In this document: piece after piece, positions 63,456 through 64,000 of the stretch | Layout: each line of letters begins with the position of its first letter | Position numbering within the stretch: the stretch's first letter is position 1 | Origin: a virus | Length of the DNA: 64,000 nucleotides | IMG/VR virus record: IMGVR_UViG_3300049617_000275 | Coordinates: 1 to 64,000 of that record | Strand: one strand, 5' to 3' | Program-made: the position numbers and the translations under genes | Notes under the pieces: generated by a model | Told to the model about the DNA's origin: nothing | Seen by the model: the letters and a program-made list of their open reading frames with translations, nothing else | Database searches by the model: none

Positions 63456-64000
63456 TAAAACAACTCCGCAATAAGGTTTCGTAAAGGAATTTCACTTTTC
63501 TTTCCGTCTAAAATGTTAGCAGAATCCGCATACTTTTGCAAGATCTTCCGTAGGATCTGTTTTTCCCGTGTTCCTTCGGCAGTCAGGAAGAAAGTATTCG
63601 TGTCCTGGGTTTGGGTAAGACGGGAAACCCTGTCTCGGGCCTGGAATATCACATCTGCATCCGGATCAAAAGAAGAATATATGGAAGTGTTAGCTCGGGG
63701 AAGGTTTATTCCCAGCCCGCTCTTTCTGCTATGTGTTCCTGAGAAAATCAGGGCTCCGGCGGGAGCAAAGGGAAAGTCCGGATAGAGCTTCTTGAGGCGT
63801 GCAAACTCTCTTTCTTCGTCTTCATTCCGAAGACCTTGGAAAGCCCATACCGCGAGTTTCTGCATTCCTTCAGACACCGCGCCGGAGTAAACAACAGCAT
63901 GTTTAGGAAACTTCTCCTGTACAAGGCGGGTTATACGTTCGAACCTACTCCAATGCACAATGGGCTCTCCCCTCTCTATGTGTTCCTTGAAAGTTTCAAA
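63455..64000 (-). CDS. SNF2-family helicase, C-terminal part (gene continues beyond the window)
   Basis: Motif V/VI region: LIFSGTHSRKSGLGINLPRANTSIYSSFDPDADVIFQARDRVSRLTQ. The frame is open to the window edge. Confidence 0.8.
   Translation of the reverse strand, partial: FETFKEHIERGEPIVHWSRFERITRLVQEKFPKHAVVYSGAVSEGMQKLAVWAFQGLRNEDEEREFARLKKLYPDFPFAPAGALIFSGTHSRKSGLGINLPRANTSIYSSFDPDADVIFQARDRVSRLTQTQDTNTFFLTAEGTREKQILRKILQKYADSANILDGKKSEIPLRNLIAELF

Noticed and set aside
1-64000. The CTCCGGCG excess as a trivial codon-usage artefact
   Set aside because: The word is read in at least two frames per orientation, on both coding strands and in intergenic DNA. This still needs a formal shuffled-codon test.
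1-64000. CRISPR arrays, integrase/attP, transposases, rRNA
   Set aside because: I saw no regularly spaced direct repeats, no tyrosine- or serine-recombinase or DDE motifs, and no rRNA-like sequence. Only the tRNA-Leu-like fragment hints at an old att site.

Overview
The window reads as one contiguous piece of a large tailed-phage or prophage genome, with no host housekeeping genes. Positions 1 to about 48.7 kb form a rightward (+) block. It holds a portal candidate, a giant repeat-built tail fibre, a prohead protease-scaffold fusion and a major capsid candidate. It also holds an HK97 gp10-like protein, a 1503-aa tape-measure protein, a long run of distal-tail and fibre proteins, and then about 20 small genes of unknown function. 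Accessory genes are interspersed among these:
- an alpha/beta hydrolase
- a stand-alone ClpC N-domain protein
- an HD-motif protein
- a GT2 glycosyltransferase
- a papain-type peptidase
- a mini CX5R phosphatase
- a PDZ protein
- an S24-like peptidase

Positions 48.8-64 kb form a leftward (-) block of small early-type genes. It includes a second GT2 glycosyltransferase, a P-loop kinase-like protein, an HslV/proteasome-like Ntn hydrolase and the 3' part of an SNF2-family helicase that runs off the window. I saw no terminase, integrase, DNA polymerase or classical endolysin.

RNA features are a canonical tRNA-Thr(UGU), an antisense tRNA-Pro(UGG)-like gene, and a promoter-driven locus of about 0.85 kb without an ORF that carries three tRNA-like cloverleaves with aberrant anticodon arms.

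The most unusual signals are:
1. An asymmetric 8-mer, CTCCGGCG/CGCCGGAG, occurs about 70 times by my manual count, where one or two would be expected.
2. The structured non-coding locus at 21.3-22.1 kb.
3. Three TTGACA-N17-TAnnnT promoters place an ATG exactly at the expected transcription start, which suggests leaderless mRNAs.
4. The phage carries its own proteolysis-related set (ClpC N-domain, HslV-like, C1, S24, PDZ).
5. An island at 48.7-50.9 kb lacks the motif and looks compositionally different.

All family assignments come from motifs read by eye. Nothing was searched against a database.
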